DNA of 34,527 nucleotides from a virus (Duplodnaviria; Heunggongvirae; Uroviricota; Caudoviricetes): IMG/VR virus record IMGVR_UViG_3300029702_000330; one strand, 5' to 3'. Shown piece by piece: positions 8,195 to 17,699 of this stretch (position 1 is its first letter; each line of letters starts with the position of its first letter). The notes under the pieces were generated by a model. It saw only the letters and a program-made list of their open reading frames with translations, ran no database searches and was not told where the DNA came from. The position numbers and the translations under genes were made by a program.

Positions 8195-8596
8195 GTGGCA
8201 AAAGTTTTTACACAAGAAGAGCGGGAAAAAATTAAAGGGCAGGTGGTGGAACTCGTGCGCCAGAGCGGTCGTGAGACGCTACGGCAACTGGAAGCTAAAA
8301 CAGGTGCGACAAGATATCTGATGAGCGTTCTTGCCAGAGAGCTGGTTGCCAGTGGCGATGTATACAACTCCGGCTACGGGTTATTCCCCTCTGAACAGGC
8401 GCGTAAGGACTGGCAAAACGCCCGCAAAAAACTCTCGAGGGCAAAGATGAAGAAAACAGCTGTGGTTGATCCGGACCTTATCTGGTCGTTACCTGATGGA
8501 GAAATACGTCGCTACGACAGTCGCCTAAACATAATCTGTCGCGAGTGCCGGATGAGTGAAGTTATGCAGCGCATACTGGCATTTTATCAGGGATAA
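8195..8596 (+). CDS. Hypothetical phage protein (133 aa), GTG start
   Basis: GTG start with GGGGG RBS; basic protein with a CxxC-like 'CRECR' near the C-terminus; immediately precedes the AT-rich island. Confidence 0.5.
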   Translation: MAKVFTQEEREKIKGQVVELVRQSGRETLRQLEAKTGATRYLMSVLARELVASGDVYNSGYGLFPSEQARKDWQNARKKLSRAKMKKTAVVDPDLIWSLPDGEIRRYDSRLNIICRECRMSEVMQRILAFYQG

Positions 8597-9010
8597 TGTT
8601 AGGTATTTTAGACGTTACTAGATTAAAAAGCATTAGTTCAGGAGTGAATTGACATTCTCATTTTTCATGGCACAGGGTAGATCTGGCGTGGTTGTCCGCT
8701 TTGTGCCAAAAGCTGTCATCGATACGAGCATTTTCCGAAAATTAATTCCAATTAAAACAAGTATCTACAGTTCAACATTATTGTCCATTAGCAAAAAAAA
8801 CATAAATTCAGGAGAATTTAGTGAGTAACAAGTTCAATTCACCTTTACAAAAATAATTCCATAAGATATTGATTTATAGTGTTTTATTTTGTGCATTTGA
8901 AGTATGGCGGGCGATGCTGTAGAAGAATATTTATTTTTATGACTTTTCAATTATTATGATACGTACGTGTGATGTAGGGCAGGTTTTGCCTAATCGTTAT
9001 ATCTCTATAA

Positions 9011-10825
9011 ATGGCTCAGGACAGCAACATAATGGCAACGTTACAACAAGAACTAATAGTTCGTGGCGAACAAGTTGAGCGAGTGTTTATCAACTATCAG
9101 GATAAAAAATACGTTGTGAATCGACAGTATCAACGTAAATTGATTTGGACTATTGAGGAAAAACAAAATTTTATTGACTCGATAATCAAGGGATTCCCGA
9201 TACCTATCATTTTGTTAGCAGAACCTCTTGGGAGAAAAGACGGCACTCTCGAGATTATTGATGGGATGCAGCGTATGAATGCCATCATGTCTTTTATCTC
9301 GAACGATTTTTCATTTAATGGATTCTACTTTGATTTAAATACGTTCGCGACGACGAAAGACCTATTAGATCGCGGAGTCATTGATCAGAAGATGCCACTC
9401 CTTGATCGAAGCCAGTGTCTTGCAATAGCATCATATCCTGTCCCGCTTTCAATTTATGAAGCAGCCGAGAGAGACTCAGTTGAGGAAGTGTTCAGGCGAA
9501 TTAACTCAGGTGGACGTCAGCTCTCACGACAGGAGTTGCGTGCAGCAGGTGCAACAAATGTGTTTGCGGAATGTGTTCGGAAGATCTCCGCAAGAGTTCG
9601 TGGTGACACATCTAACGCGGATCTCTTGCTCTTAAGCGAGATGAAAAAAATTAGCATCACGAACAAGGATTTAGACTACGGCATTAGTGCCGATAGCGTC
9701 TTCTGGATTGTTAACGGAATATTGACGAAGGAGCAGTTAAGACAGAGCCGGGATGAAGAGATAGTGGCGGACATTCTTGCTTATATGGTTTCTGACAAAC
9801 CTCTGGCCTCGCGTACAGAGCTTCTAGATGACTACTATGGAGCAATATCCCCGGAAGCTTTAGCCAGCAAAGCAAGATTCGAAGCGATTGATCAAGCTAT
9901 TAAAAAGAGAACCGGGGAGCTAGTCGATCTTGATTATCAAAGAGTACATGATGCGATAATCCTACTTCTTAGTCAGGCTCAAACGACATTCTCTGGTTTG
10001 ATTTTTCCTAACGGAAATGGTGGTAATCCAGTCCCCCGTTACTTTCAGGTGGTCTTTCTCGCCATGCATGACCTGATAATTAAAAGGGGTATGGTGGTTT
10101 CAGATAGTGCGGGCCTCATTGGGCGGCTGAAAGATTGCGGTAGGAATATTCAGGTTCAAGATGGAGGGAGATGGGGGGCTGACAACCGGAGTAGAATGGT
10201 CGATTCAATAATTGGTTGGATTCAGGGCTTTTTTGAAAACGATCAAAATCCAGATCCTGCAAAAGTTCATTGGATCACGAAGCTCCAAAATTTACTCACT
10301 AACTCAATAACTGAGCAGGCGGCCTACGATTTTAAACAAGGTTTCTATACTTTAGACCCATCACCTTCCTTTGATGAACGCTCCTTCGAAAAAATTATGG
10401 AGACCTGCGCTGCTATTGCTAATATCGGCAGAGGACACAAGGGCTATGTTCTTGTAGGGGTTGCTGAAAATGCGCATACTGCAACAAGAGTTCAGGAGAT
10501 TTTCGGAAGCAAGGCTTTATCTTATAACGGCTTCCATATAACTGGTGTTGATCACGAAGCGAACCACGCTGGAAAGAACCTTGACCAGATGTTCCAAGAC
10601 ATCTCTGATCGGGTAGGACGCTCAGGACTTTCAGAACCGCTTAAGTCCTACATAAACACTCATCTTAAATGCGTTCGATACTTCGATAAGACGGTTTTCG
10701 TCTTCGAAATTTTAGGTCAGGATACCCCTTCACATATAGCTGGTAAGTGGGTTGAGCGGCAAGGAGCCCAGGTCAGAGATATCGCTCCTGAAGGAATGGT
10801 TGCACTGTTTGAGCGTTTCAGATAG
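9011..10825 (+). CDS. DUF262 (ParB-like nuclease superfamily, GmrSD-type N-terminal domain) protein with a C-terminal region resembling an AlbA_2/Schlafen-type nucleic-acid-binding domain; candidate anti-phage defence protein
   Basis: 604-aa ORF; N-terminus carries the DUF262 hallmark 'IIDGMQRMNAI' (DGQQR-type motif) after 'QRKLIWTIEEKQNFIDSIIKGFPIP'; C-terminal 'AAIANIGRGHKGYVLVGVAEN' resembles the AlbA_2 core; gene is visibly lower in GC than flanking phage genes and bounded by an AT-rich region and a terminator. Confidence 0.75.
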   Translation: MAQDSNIMATLQQELIVRGEQVERVFINYQDKKYVVNRQYQRKLIWTIEEKQNFIDSIIKGFPIPIILLAEPLGRKDGTLEIIDGMQRMNAIMSFISNDFSFNGFYFDLNTFATTKDLLDRGVIDQKMPLLDRSQCLAIASYPVPLSIYEAAERDSVEEVFRRINSGGRQLSRQELRAAGATNVFAECVRKISARVRGDTSNADLLLLSEMKKISITNKDLDYGISADSVFWIVNGILTKEQLRQSRDEEIVADILAYMVSDKPLASRTELLDDYYGAISPEALASKARFEAIDQAIKKRTGELVDLDYQRVHDAIILLLSQAQTTFSGLIFPNGNGGNPVPRYFQVVFLAMHDLIIKRGMVVSDSAGLIGRLKDCGRNIQVQDGGRWGADNRSRMVDSIIGWIQGFFENDQNPDPAKVHWITKLQNLLTNSITEQAAYDFKQGFYTLDPSPSFDERSFEKIMETCAAIANIGRGHKGYVLVGVAENAHTATRVQEIFGSKALSYNGFHITGVDHEANHAGKNLDQMFQDISDRVGRSGLSEPLKSYINTHLKCVRYFDKTVFVFEILGQDTPSHIAGKWVERQGAQVRDIAPEGMVALFERFR

Positions 10826-10863
10826 ACGGGGCACTTTGCACCATACAAAACAGAGCGTACATA

Positions 10864-10887
10864 GCGCCCGCATATGCGGGCTTATTT
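10864..10887 (+). terminator. Rho-independent terminator after the DUF262 gene
   Basis: GC hairpin GCGCCCGCATATGCGGGC followed by a T-rich tract. Confidence 0.5.
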
Positions 10888-11152
10888 ACTCAGGGCACGT
10901 TACCAGCTTCTAATTGATTAGACAACGCAGTGCAAGAAATGTCTATAAACTTCCGCTCCTCGCTCAAAGCGGACTAGAAGGTTAGCTTGTGTCGGACTTT
11001 GCGTATTAAAAGAAGTGCTGGTGGTGACTAGTGGTTGAGCCCCATTTCCACAGAAAAAATCAGAGAAACTATACCCAATAGTTGTATTGAATCACTGACG
11101 AGACAGCCTCATATTCATCAGGACTGGTGTACGTCCAATACAGGAGGTTGTG

Positions 11153-11242
11153 GTGCTGGTTCTCAAATGTGCGCTGGCTATTACGGCTGTAATGGCGATT
11201 TATTGTCTTGCTATTGTTCTTATGGATCACCTTTCTGATTGA
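11153..11242 (+). CDS. Candidate 29-aa hydrophobic peptide (type I toxin-like or small membrane protein)
   Basis: Perfect AGGAGG (11142-11147) 5 nt before GTG; encodes 'VLVLKCALAITAVMAIYCLAIVLMDHLSD', a single TM helix. Confidence 0.25.
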   Translation: MLVLKCALAITAVMAIYCLAIVLMDHLSD

Positions 11243-11453
11243 TTTCATATTGGCGAGGCAACGGTAGTTAAGTAGAATGGCTGCGGGTGCTTGAGGCTAT
11301 CTGCCTCGGGCATGAACACCAACGGCAGATAGAGAAAAGCCCCAGTTAACATTACGCGTCCTGCAAGACGCTTAACATTAATCTGAGGCCAATTTCATGC
11401 TAGACACATGTAGGTTAGCCTCTTACGTGCCGAAAGGCAAGGAGAAGCAGGCT

Positions 11454-11609
11454 ATGAAGCAGCAAAAGGCGATGTTAATCGCCCTGATCTTCATCTGTTT
11501 AACCGTCATAGTGACGGCACTGGTAACGAGGAAAGACCTCTGCGAGGTACGAATCCGAACCGGCCAGACGGAGGTCGCTGTCTTCACAGCTTACGAACCT
11601 GAGGAGTAA
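11454..11609 (+). CDS. hok: Hok/Gef-family type I toxin (membrane-depolarising peptide); in-frame upstream extension to 11397 may be a mok-like leader
   Basis: 'MKQQKAMLIALIFICLTVIVTALVTRKDLCEVRIRTGQTEVAVFTAYEPEE' is a near-canonical Hok/Gef sequence; GGAG RBS; followed by a strong terminator. Confidence 0.85.
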   Translation: MKQQKAMLIALIFICLTVIVTALVTRKDLCEVRIRTGQTEVAVFTAYEPEE

Positions 11610-11677
11610 GAGACCCGGCGAGGGAGAAATCCCTCGCCACCTCTGATGTGGCAGGCATCCTCAACGCACCCGCACTT

Positions 11678-11705
11678 AACCCGCTTCGGCGGGTTTTTGT
11701 TTTTA
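11678..11705 (+). terminator. Rho-independent terminator of the hok transcript
   Basis: AACCCGCTTCGGCGGGTT hairpin followed by a T-run. Confidence 0.6.
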
Positions 11706-11825
11706 TTTTCAACGCGTTTGAAGTTCTGGACGGTGCCGGAATAGAATCAAAAATACTTAAGTAGCGCGCAGGGATAAGAGGGATGGTCCCTTAAAGGGGA
11801 GAGCTAATTATCCGGAAGGATTCTG

Positions 11826-12077
11826 ATGATGAACATCGAAGAACTGCGTAAAATTTTTTGTGAAGATGGCCTCTATGCTGTGTGCGTTGAAAATGGAAAT
11901 CTTGTTAGTCATTACCGCATTATGTGTTTGCGAAAGAATGGGGCTGCGTTAATTAATTTTGTGGATGGTCGAGTGACAGACGGATTTATCTTGCGCGAAG
12001 GTGAGTTTGTCACTTCATTACAGGCACTGAAAGAGATCGGAATAAAAGCAGGCTTTTCAGCTTTTGCAGAAGAATAA
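11826..12077 (+). CDS. Hypothetical small phage protein (Rem-like by position and size, 83 aa)
   Basis: ATGATG start with GGAAGGA RBS; lies between hok and the DUF968 gene as in Qin-type prophages (recalled). Confidence 0.55.
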   Translation: MMNIEELRKIFCEDGLYAVCVENGNLVSHYRIMCLRKNGAALINFVDGRVTDGFILREGEFVTSLQALKEIGIKAGFSAFAEE

Positions 12078-12143
12078 ACTCATCTACAATCTTGCGCGGG
12101 GCTGAACTCCCGCTGAGTAACACCGTGCCACCGGAGAAAACCG

Positions 12144-12422
12144 ATGGCACGCAACGTAAAATATTACAATTCTGATAATTCGCCCGTTCTTGCCTGCACG
12201 CACGAGCGGTATTCTCACGCATTCAAGTCTGAATGGTTCCAGCACCCTCCATGCACTGAAGAGCAGGCTGAATGGATAATTCAGTGTTACCGCAGGCGCG
12301 GATACGAGGTTAAGAAAGCCCTTAGTCTCGACTACCGTCACTGGATAATCTCAGTCAGATTGCCTTACTCCGAACGCCCACCACGTGCGTCCCGCACTTT
12401 CCAGCAACGGATCTGGAGGTAA
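12144..12422 (+). CDS. Hypothetical phage protein (92 aa)
   Basis: ORF with CCGGAG RBS; stop abuts the GTG start of the next gene. Confidence 0.45.
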   Translation: MARNVKYYNSDNSPVLACTHERYSHAFKSEWFQHPPCTEEQAEWIIQCYRRRGYEVKKALSLDYRHWIISVRLPYSERPPRASRTFQQRIWR

Positions 12423-12423
12423 C

Positions 12424-13473
12424 GTGCGGGTATTACTTAGACCTGTTCTGGTGCCTGAGCTTGGGCTGGTGGTCCTTAAGCCGGGCCGTGAATCCATACA
12501 GATATTTCATAATCCTCGAGTGCTGGTGGAACCGGAACCAAAAAGCATGCGTAATCTGCCATCCGGAGTCGTTCCTGCCGTTGGCCAGCCGCTGGCGGAA
12601 GACAAAACATTGCTGCCGTTTTTTAGTAACGAACGGGTGATTCGTGCTGCTGGCGGCGTTGGCTCATTGTCTGACTGGCTATTACGTCATGTTACATCCT
12701 GCCAGTGGCCTAATGGCGATTACCATCACACTGAAACAGTCATTCACCGTTATGGTACCGGCGCAATGGTGTTGTGTTGGCACTGCGACAACCAACTGCG
12801 TGACCAGACATCGGAATCACTGGAGCTGCTTGCTCAACAAAATCTGACAGCATGGGTGATTGACGTCATCCGTCACGCAATAAGCGGTACGCAGGAGCGG
12901 GAATTATCTTTGGCTGAATTATCCTGGTGGGCGGTCTGCAATCAGGTGGTGGATGCACTACCTGAGGCTGTATCGCGTCGTTCGCTGGGGTTACCAGCGG
13001 AAAAAATCTGCTCGGTGTACCGCGAAAGCGACATCGTACCGGGAGAGCAGACCGCCACCAGCATATTGAAACAACGCACAAAAAATCTTGCACCGTTGCC
13101 TTACGCCCGCCAGCAACAAAAACTACCACAGGAAAAGACGGTGGTAAGCATCACCGTTGATCCAGAGTCTCCGGAATCTTTCATGAAGCTGCCTAAACGT
13201 CGCCGCTGGGTTAAGGAGAAATACACACGTTGGGTTAAGACACAGCCGTGTGCTTGCTGCGGTATGCCAGCCGACGATCCGCATCATCTGATTGGTCACG
13301 GGCAGGGCGGAATGGGAACAAAAGCACATGATCTCTTTGTGTTGCCTTTGTGCAGAAAGCATCACAACGAGCTGCATACGGATACAGTGGCATTTGAAGA
13401 GAAGTATGGCTCCCAACTGGAGCTGATATTTCGTTTTATCGATCGCGCGCTGGCAATTGGCGTACTGGCGTAA
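12424..13473 (+). CDS. DUF968-family phage protein (YdfU-like), GTG start
   Basis: GGAGG RBS before in-frame GTG at 12424 gives 349 aa; C-terminal 'CACCGMPADDPHHLIGHGQGGMGTKAHDLFVLPLCRKHHNELH' Cys/His-rich motif. Confidence 0.7.
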   Translation: MRVLLRPVLVPELGLVVLKPGRESIQIFHNPRVLVEPEPKSMRNLPSGVVPAVGQPLAEDKTLLPFFSNERVIRAAGGVGSLSDWLLRHVTSCQWPNGDYHHTETVIHRYGTGAMVLCWHCDNQLRDQTSESLELLAQQNLTAWVIDVIRHAISGTQERELSLAELSWWAVCNQVVDALPEAVSRRSLGLPAEKICSVYRESDIVPGEQTATSILKQRTKNLAPLPYARQQQKLPQEKTVVSITVDPESPESFMKLPKRRRWVKEKYTRWVKTQPCACCGMPADDPHHLIGHGQGGMGTKAHDLFVLPLCRKHHNELHTDTVAFEEKYGSQLELIFRFIDRALAIGVLA

Positions 13474-13486
13474 GTGGAGAACGAGC

Positions 13487-14239
13487 ATGAACCTTGAAGC
13501 CTTACCAAAATATTACTCCCCAAAATCTCCAAAATTGAGCGATGACGCTCCAGCGACAGGCACCGGTTGTTTAACAATTACGGATGTAATGGCAGCGCAG
13601 GGGATGGTGCAGTCGAAAGCACCACTTGGGTTGGCCTTATTTCTGGCAAAAGTTGGTGTTCAGGACCCTCAGTTTGCGATTGAAGGCCTGCTAAATTACG
13701 CGATGGCACTGGATAACCCGACATTGAACAAATTGAGTGAAGAAATCCGGTTACAGATTATTCCTTACCTCGTGAGTTTTGCCTTTGCTGATTACTCCAG
13801 GTCTGCGGCAAGTAAGGCTCGCTGTGAGCATTGTTCAGGTACGGGATTTTATAATGTATTGCGCGAAGTGGTGAAACACTACAGACGCGGGGAATCTGTA
13901 ATCAAGGAAGAATGGGTAAAGGAACTATGTCAGCATTGCCATGGTAAGGGCGAAGTCAGCACAGCGTGCAGAGGGTGTAAGGGTAAAGGGATTGTTCTGG
14001 ATGAAAAAAGAACCCGGTTTCATGGCGTACCGGTATATAAGATTTGTGGGCGTTGTAATGGAAACCGGTTTAGTCGTTTACCGACCACGCTGGCACGACG
14101 TCATGTCCAGAAGCTGGTACCAGACCTGACCGATTATCAGTGGTATAAGGGGTATGCGGACGTCATTGGTAAACTGGTAACAAAGTGCTGGCAGGAAGAA
14201 GCATACGCGGAAGCGCAATTGAGGAAGGTGACGAGATAA
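13487..14239 (+). CDS. Late-gene antitermination protein Q
   Basis: 250 aa from ATG at 13487 (GGAG RBS); multiple CxxC zinc-finger pairs ('CEHCSGTG', 'CQHCHGKG', 'CRGCKGKG', 'CGRCNG'); followed by promoter-like hexamers and a terminator. Confidence 0.8.
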   Translation: MNLEALPKYYSPKSPKLSDDAPATGTGCLTITDVMAAQGMVQSKAPLGLALFLAKVGVQDPQFAIEGLLNYAMALDNPTLNKLSEEIRLQIIPYLVSFAFADYSRSAASKARCEHCSGTGFYNVLREVVKHYRRGESVIKEEWVKELCQHCHGKGEVSTACRGCKGKGIVLDEKRTRFHGVPVYKICGRCNGNRFSRLPTTLARRHVQKLVPDLTDYQWYKGYADVIGKLVTKCWQEEAYAEAQLRKVTR

Positions 14240-14267
14240 ATGATTTTTGCTGAAGATGGCGACATGA

Positions 14268-14369
14268 TGTTTGCATTTTTCAAAAAACATGGATAAGATT
14301 TTCTCAACGATGGGCTTTGTGTATCCGACGTTTAGAAAAAAGTAGAAAACCCGCTGATGAGCGGGTTTT
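14268..14369 (+). promoter_or_regulatory. Candidate late promoter PR' (TTGCAT, 17-nt spacer, TAAGAT) with short leader ending in a tR'-like terminator (hairpin 14347-14369)
   Basis: Hexamers read directly; AAACCCGCTGATGAGCGGGTTTT hairpin; position immediately downstream of Q. Confidence 0.4.
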
Positions 14370-14661
14370 GTGCTTTAAATGGGGCAATGGTAATGTTGAA
14401 TCTCATCCCGGGACTCATGTCTGTTAACTTATTATTTAGCTGGTGACTTGGTTATTTGCCTGATGTTTAAAATGTTTTCTTCCAGTACAATGTCCCTAAA
14501 CACAATGAGTCTGCTTATTATATTATTAGCAGAGCTATTACGGCCAAAGTACAGCATAAGCTTTTAAAGCCAATCAACCAGTCATCAAGACAGACGGGGT
14601 TATTCATAAAAACTCTCCATGTGTGATCCGATGGGGCCTGAAATTAAAGCTTTAATATAGC

Positions 14662-14874
14662 TCATGAAAGGTAAACATTGGCAGCTGAAGGGCCACGCAG
14701 ACCATTTATCCGGCAAAATTCCACGCGTAATCCGGTGGTAATTTCTTCTGCATCGCGGAGATTGAGCGCTGAAACATGAAGCTGGACATCGATACGACCA
14801 TCGGATGGGGTGATAAGACCCTTGCCGCTTTTGCCGTCAAAGGTTTTGACAATTCCTGTCATTTTACGGGACAA
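14662..14874 (-). CDS. Cold-shock protein family (CspF/CspH-like), 70 aa
   Basis: '[21 protein letters not shown]' cold-shock domain with RNP-like motifs. Confidence 0.85.
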
Positions 14875-15174
14875 AAAAATTCCTTAATACTGATAACTTG
14901 GCGCACTATACACACGTTCCTGAAGAAAGCTATAGTTTTTTGATGGGGTTGAAGATGGCTGGATGTCTAAAATAAACATTGCTTCATATGTTCAACTATG
15001 CGTTAATGATTGCGTCGGTTTGAAGAACAGACGATATACGAAGTAGTTTACTAAAGCAGTTCTCATTTCAGGTGTTATTCACTTATTCCTTCTTTGAGTC
15101 TCTCCAATTAAGTACGAAGTCGTTTCTGTTATGCAAACCATTTATGCCGAAAGGCTCAAGTTAAGGAATGTAGA

Positions 15175-15390
15175 ATGTCAAATAAAATGACTGGTTTAGT
15201 AAAATGGTTTAACGCTGATAAAGGTTTCGGCTTTATTTCTCCTGTTGATGGTAGTAAAGATGTGTTTGTGCATTTTTCTGCGATTCAGAATGATAATTAT
15301 CGAACCTTATTTGAAGGTCAAAAGGTTACCTTCTCTATAGAGAGTGGTGCTAAAGGTCCTGCAGCAGCAAATGTCATCATTACTGATTAA
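15175..15390 (+). CDS. Cold-shock protein family (CspB/CspG-like), 71 aa
   Basis: '[23 protein letters not shown]...VFVHFSAI' canonical CspA-family sequence; long 5' leader. Confidence 0.9.
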   Translation: MSNKMTGLVKWFNADKGFGFISPVDGSKDVFVHFSAIQNDNYRTLFEGQKVTFSIESGAKGPAAANVIITD

Positions 15391-15486
15391 AATTCATCGC
15401 TCGTCTGTATACGATAACGAAGAAGGCTGATGCCTGAGTAGAGATACGGACAGAGTAGTGAATATTGGATCTCTTTAATAAAAATT

Positions 15487-15696
15487 AAGGAGGTCCAATA
15501 CATGAAACAATGGCCAGCATATTTGGCAAAATCTTAATCAGGAAAAGTATGCTAACCATTGTGGTGAAGTGCAGGTTTGCTGCATGAATAGTTTTACAGC
15601 AGAAGCTAACTGCTGGCATGGCAAAACAAAGTGCGTAAGTGGATGACTCCCACAAAAAGCACCACAATCTCAAACCCGCTCAGGCGGGTTTTTTAT
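15487..15696 (+). ncRNA. Compact transcription unit: perfect SD (AAGGAGGT) + 11-codon ORF (15502-15537, MKQWPAYLAKS) + about 130 nt + intrinsic terminator (15672-15696); candidate sRNA or leader/small-protein locus
   Basis: SD and spacing read directly; terminator AAACCCGCTCAGGCGGGTTTTTT; no larger ORF explains the strong RBS. Confidence 0.3.
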
Positions 15697-15753
15697 TATC
15701 TGCTTTAAATATATTATTAAAATATAAAAAATACTTGTTACTAATAAAATCAA

Positions 15754-15924
15754 TCAGGCTACAGCTTTAAGATTTGTCTGGAATACTTTGTTGCAATGAG
15801 GGCAGATCAAAAGGGCACCTTTTTGTACTCTTGAAAAACTGTGTTCTGACTCTTGGGTGCAGTTTGGGCAGGAACATTTAACGAGATAATTACGGCGTGA
15901 TTTTGAGTCTTTACGTTCTGACAT
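15754..15924 (-). CDS. Small zinc-ribbon protein (56 aa) of the kind found next to prophage csp genes
   Basis: 'KCSCPNCT...ICPHCNK' CxCx2C...Cx2C motif; AGGA RBS before the internal Met. Confidence 0.5.
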   Translation of the reverse strand: MSERKDSKSRRNYLVKCSCPNCTQESEHSFSRVQKGALLICPHCNKVFQTNLKAVA

Positions 15925-16143
15925 AGGCTTTTCCTGTATAAATGGCCGTATACAGTACACTAAATATGAAAACATTTCTCGTATTATTATTTTATATATG
16001 ACTTTCTTTCAAAATAATTACTCACATTTTTAATGTGTATGTTTCTTTAGCGCCGTTGAGAACAACGTGTGCTGTCAAAACTACCCCGTAGACTCCGATC
16101 TTTTCAAACATATTGCACCATCCGTGTACATCGGGGTGAGGAT

Positions 16144-16359
16144 ATGAAATCAATGGATAAGTTAACAACAGGTGTTGCCTATGGCACATCGGCGGGTAAT
16201 GCTGGTTTCTGGGCATTGCAGTTACTCGATAAAGTAACTCCGTCACAGTGGGCTGCAATCGGTGTGCTGGGTAGCCTGGTTTTTGGCCTGCTGACGTATC
16301 TGACAAATCTTTATTTCAAGATTAAAGAAGACAGGCGTAAGGCTGCGAGAGGAGAGTAA
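16144..16359 (+). CDS. Pinholin (phage 21 S21-like class II holin) with dual-start motif
   Basis: '[28 protein letters not shown]...[35 protein letters not shown]' closely resembles S21; two Met codons 3 codons apart; GAGG RBS. Confidence 0.85.
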   Translation: MKSMDKLTTGVAYGTSAGNAGFWALQLLDKVTPSQWAAIGVLGSLVFGLLTYLTNLYFKIKEDRRKAARGE

Positions 16360-16363
16360 TCCA

Positions 16364-16671
16364 ATGACTCAAGACTATGAACTGGTTGTGAAAGGAGTCC
16401 GTAATTTTGAGAATAAAGTTACGGTAACTGTAGCCTTACAGGACAAAGAACGCTTTGACGGTGAAATTTTTGACCTGGATGTCGCCATGGACCGTGTTGA
16501 AGGAGCTGCGCTGGAGTTTTATGAGGCAGCAGCCAGAAGGAGCGTCCGGCAAGTCTTCCTGGAAGTAGCAGAAAAATTGTCAGAAAAAGTTGAGTCTTAT
16601 CTGCAGCATCAGTACTCCTTTAAGATTGAAAATCCTGCCAATAAGCACGAGCGTCCTCATCATAAATATAT

Positions 16672-16675
<4 letters not shown>
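16364..16675 (+). CDS. Hypothetical lysis-cassette protein (YdfR/DUF1327-like), 103 aa
   Basis: ORF between holin and endolysin with stop overlapping the endolysin start; same position as ydfR in Qin-type cassettes (recalled). Confidence 0.55.

Positions 16676-17699
<1,024 letters not shown>

Noticed and set aside
11035-11238. 67-aa Cys/Gly-rich ORF (TTG start) that superficially looks like a microcin/bacteriocin precursor
   Set aside because: No RBS for the TTG; the strong AGGAGG inside it serves a different frame (the 29-aa hydrophobic peptide); the Gly/Cys richness comes from GGT/TGT repeats in the alternate frame.
12385-12423. ATG at 12385 as the start of the DUF968 gene
   Set aside because: It would overlap the preceding gene by 38 nt with no RBS; the in-frame GTG at 12424 has a GGAGG RBS.
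14240-16140. tRNA genes in the region downstream of Q
   Set aside because: Lambdoid phages often carry tRNAs here, but I could not recognise any convincing cloverleaf (acceptor stem plus TPsiC-loop GTTCGAATC-type motif) by eye; tRNAscan-SE would be needed to rule them out.
16022-16306. 94-aa - strand ORF overlapping the pinholin gene
   Set aside because: Overlaps a high-confidence holin; no start context; likely an antisense artefact.
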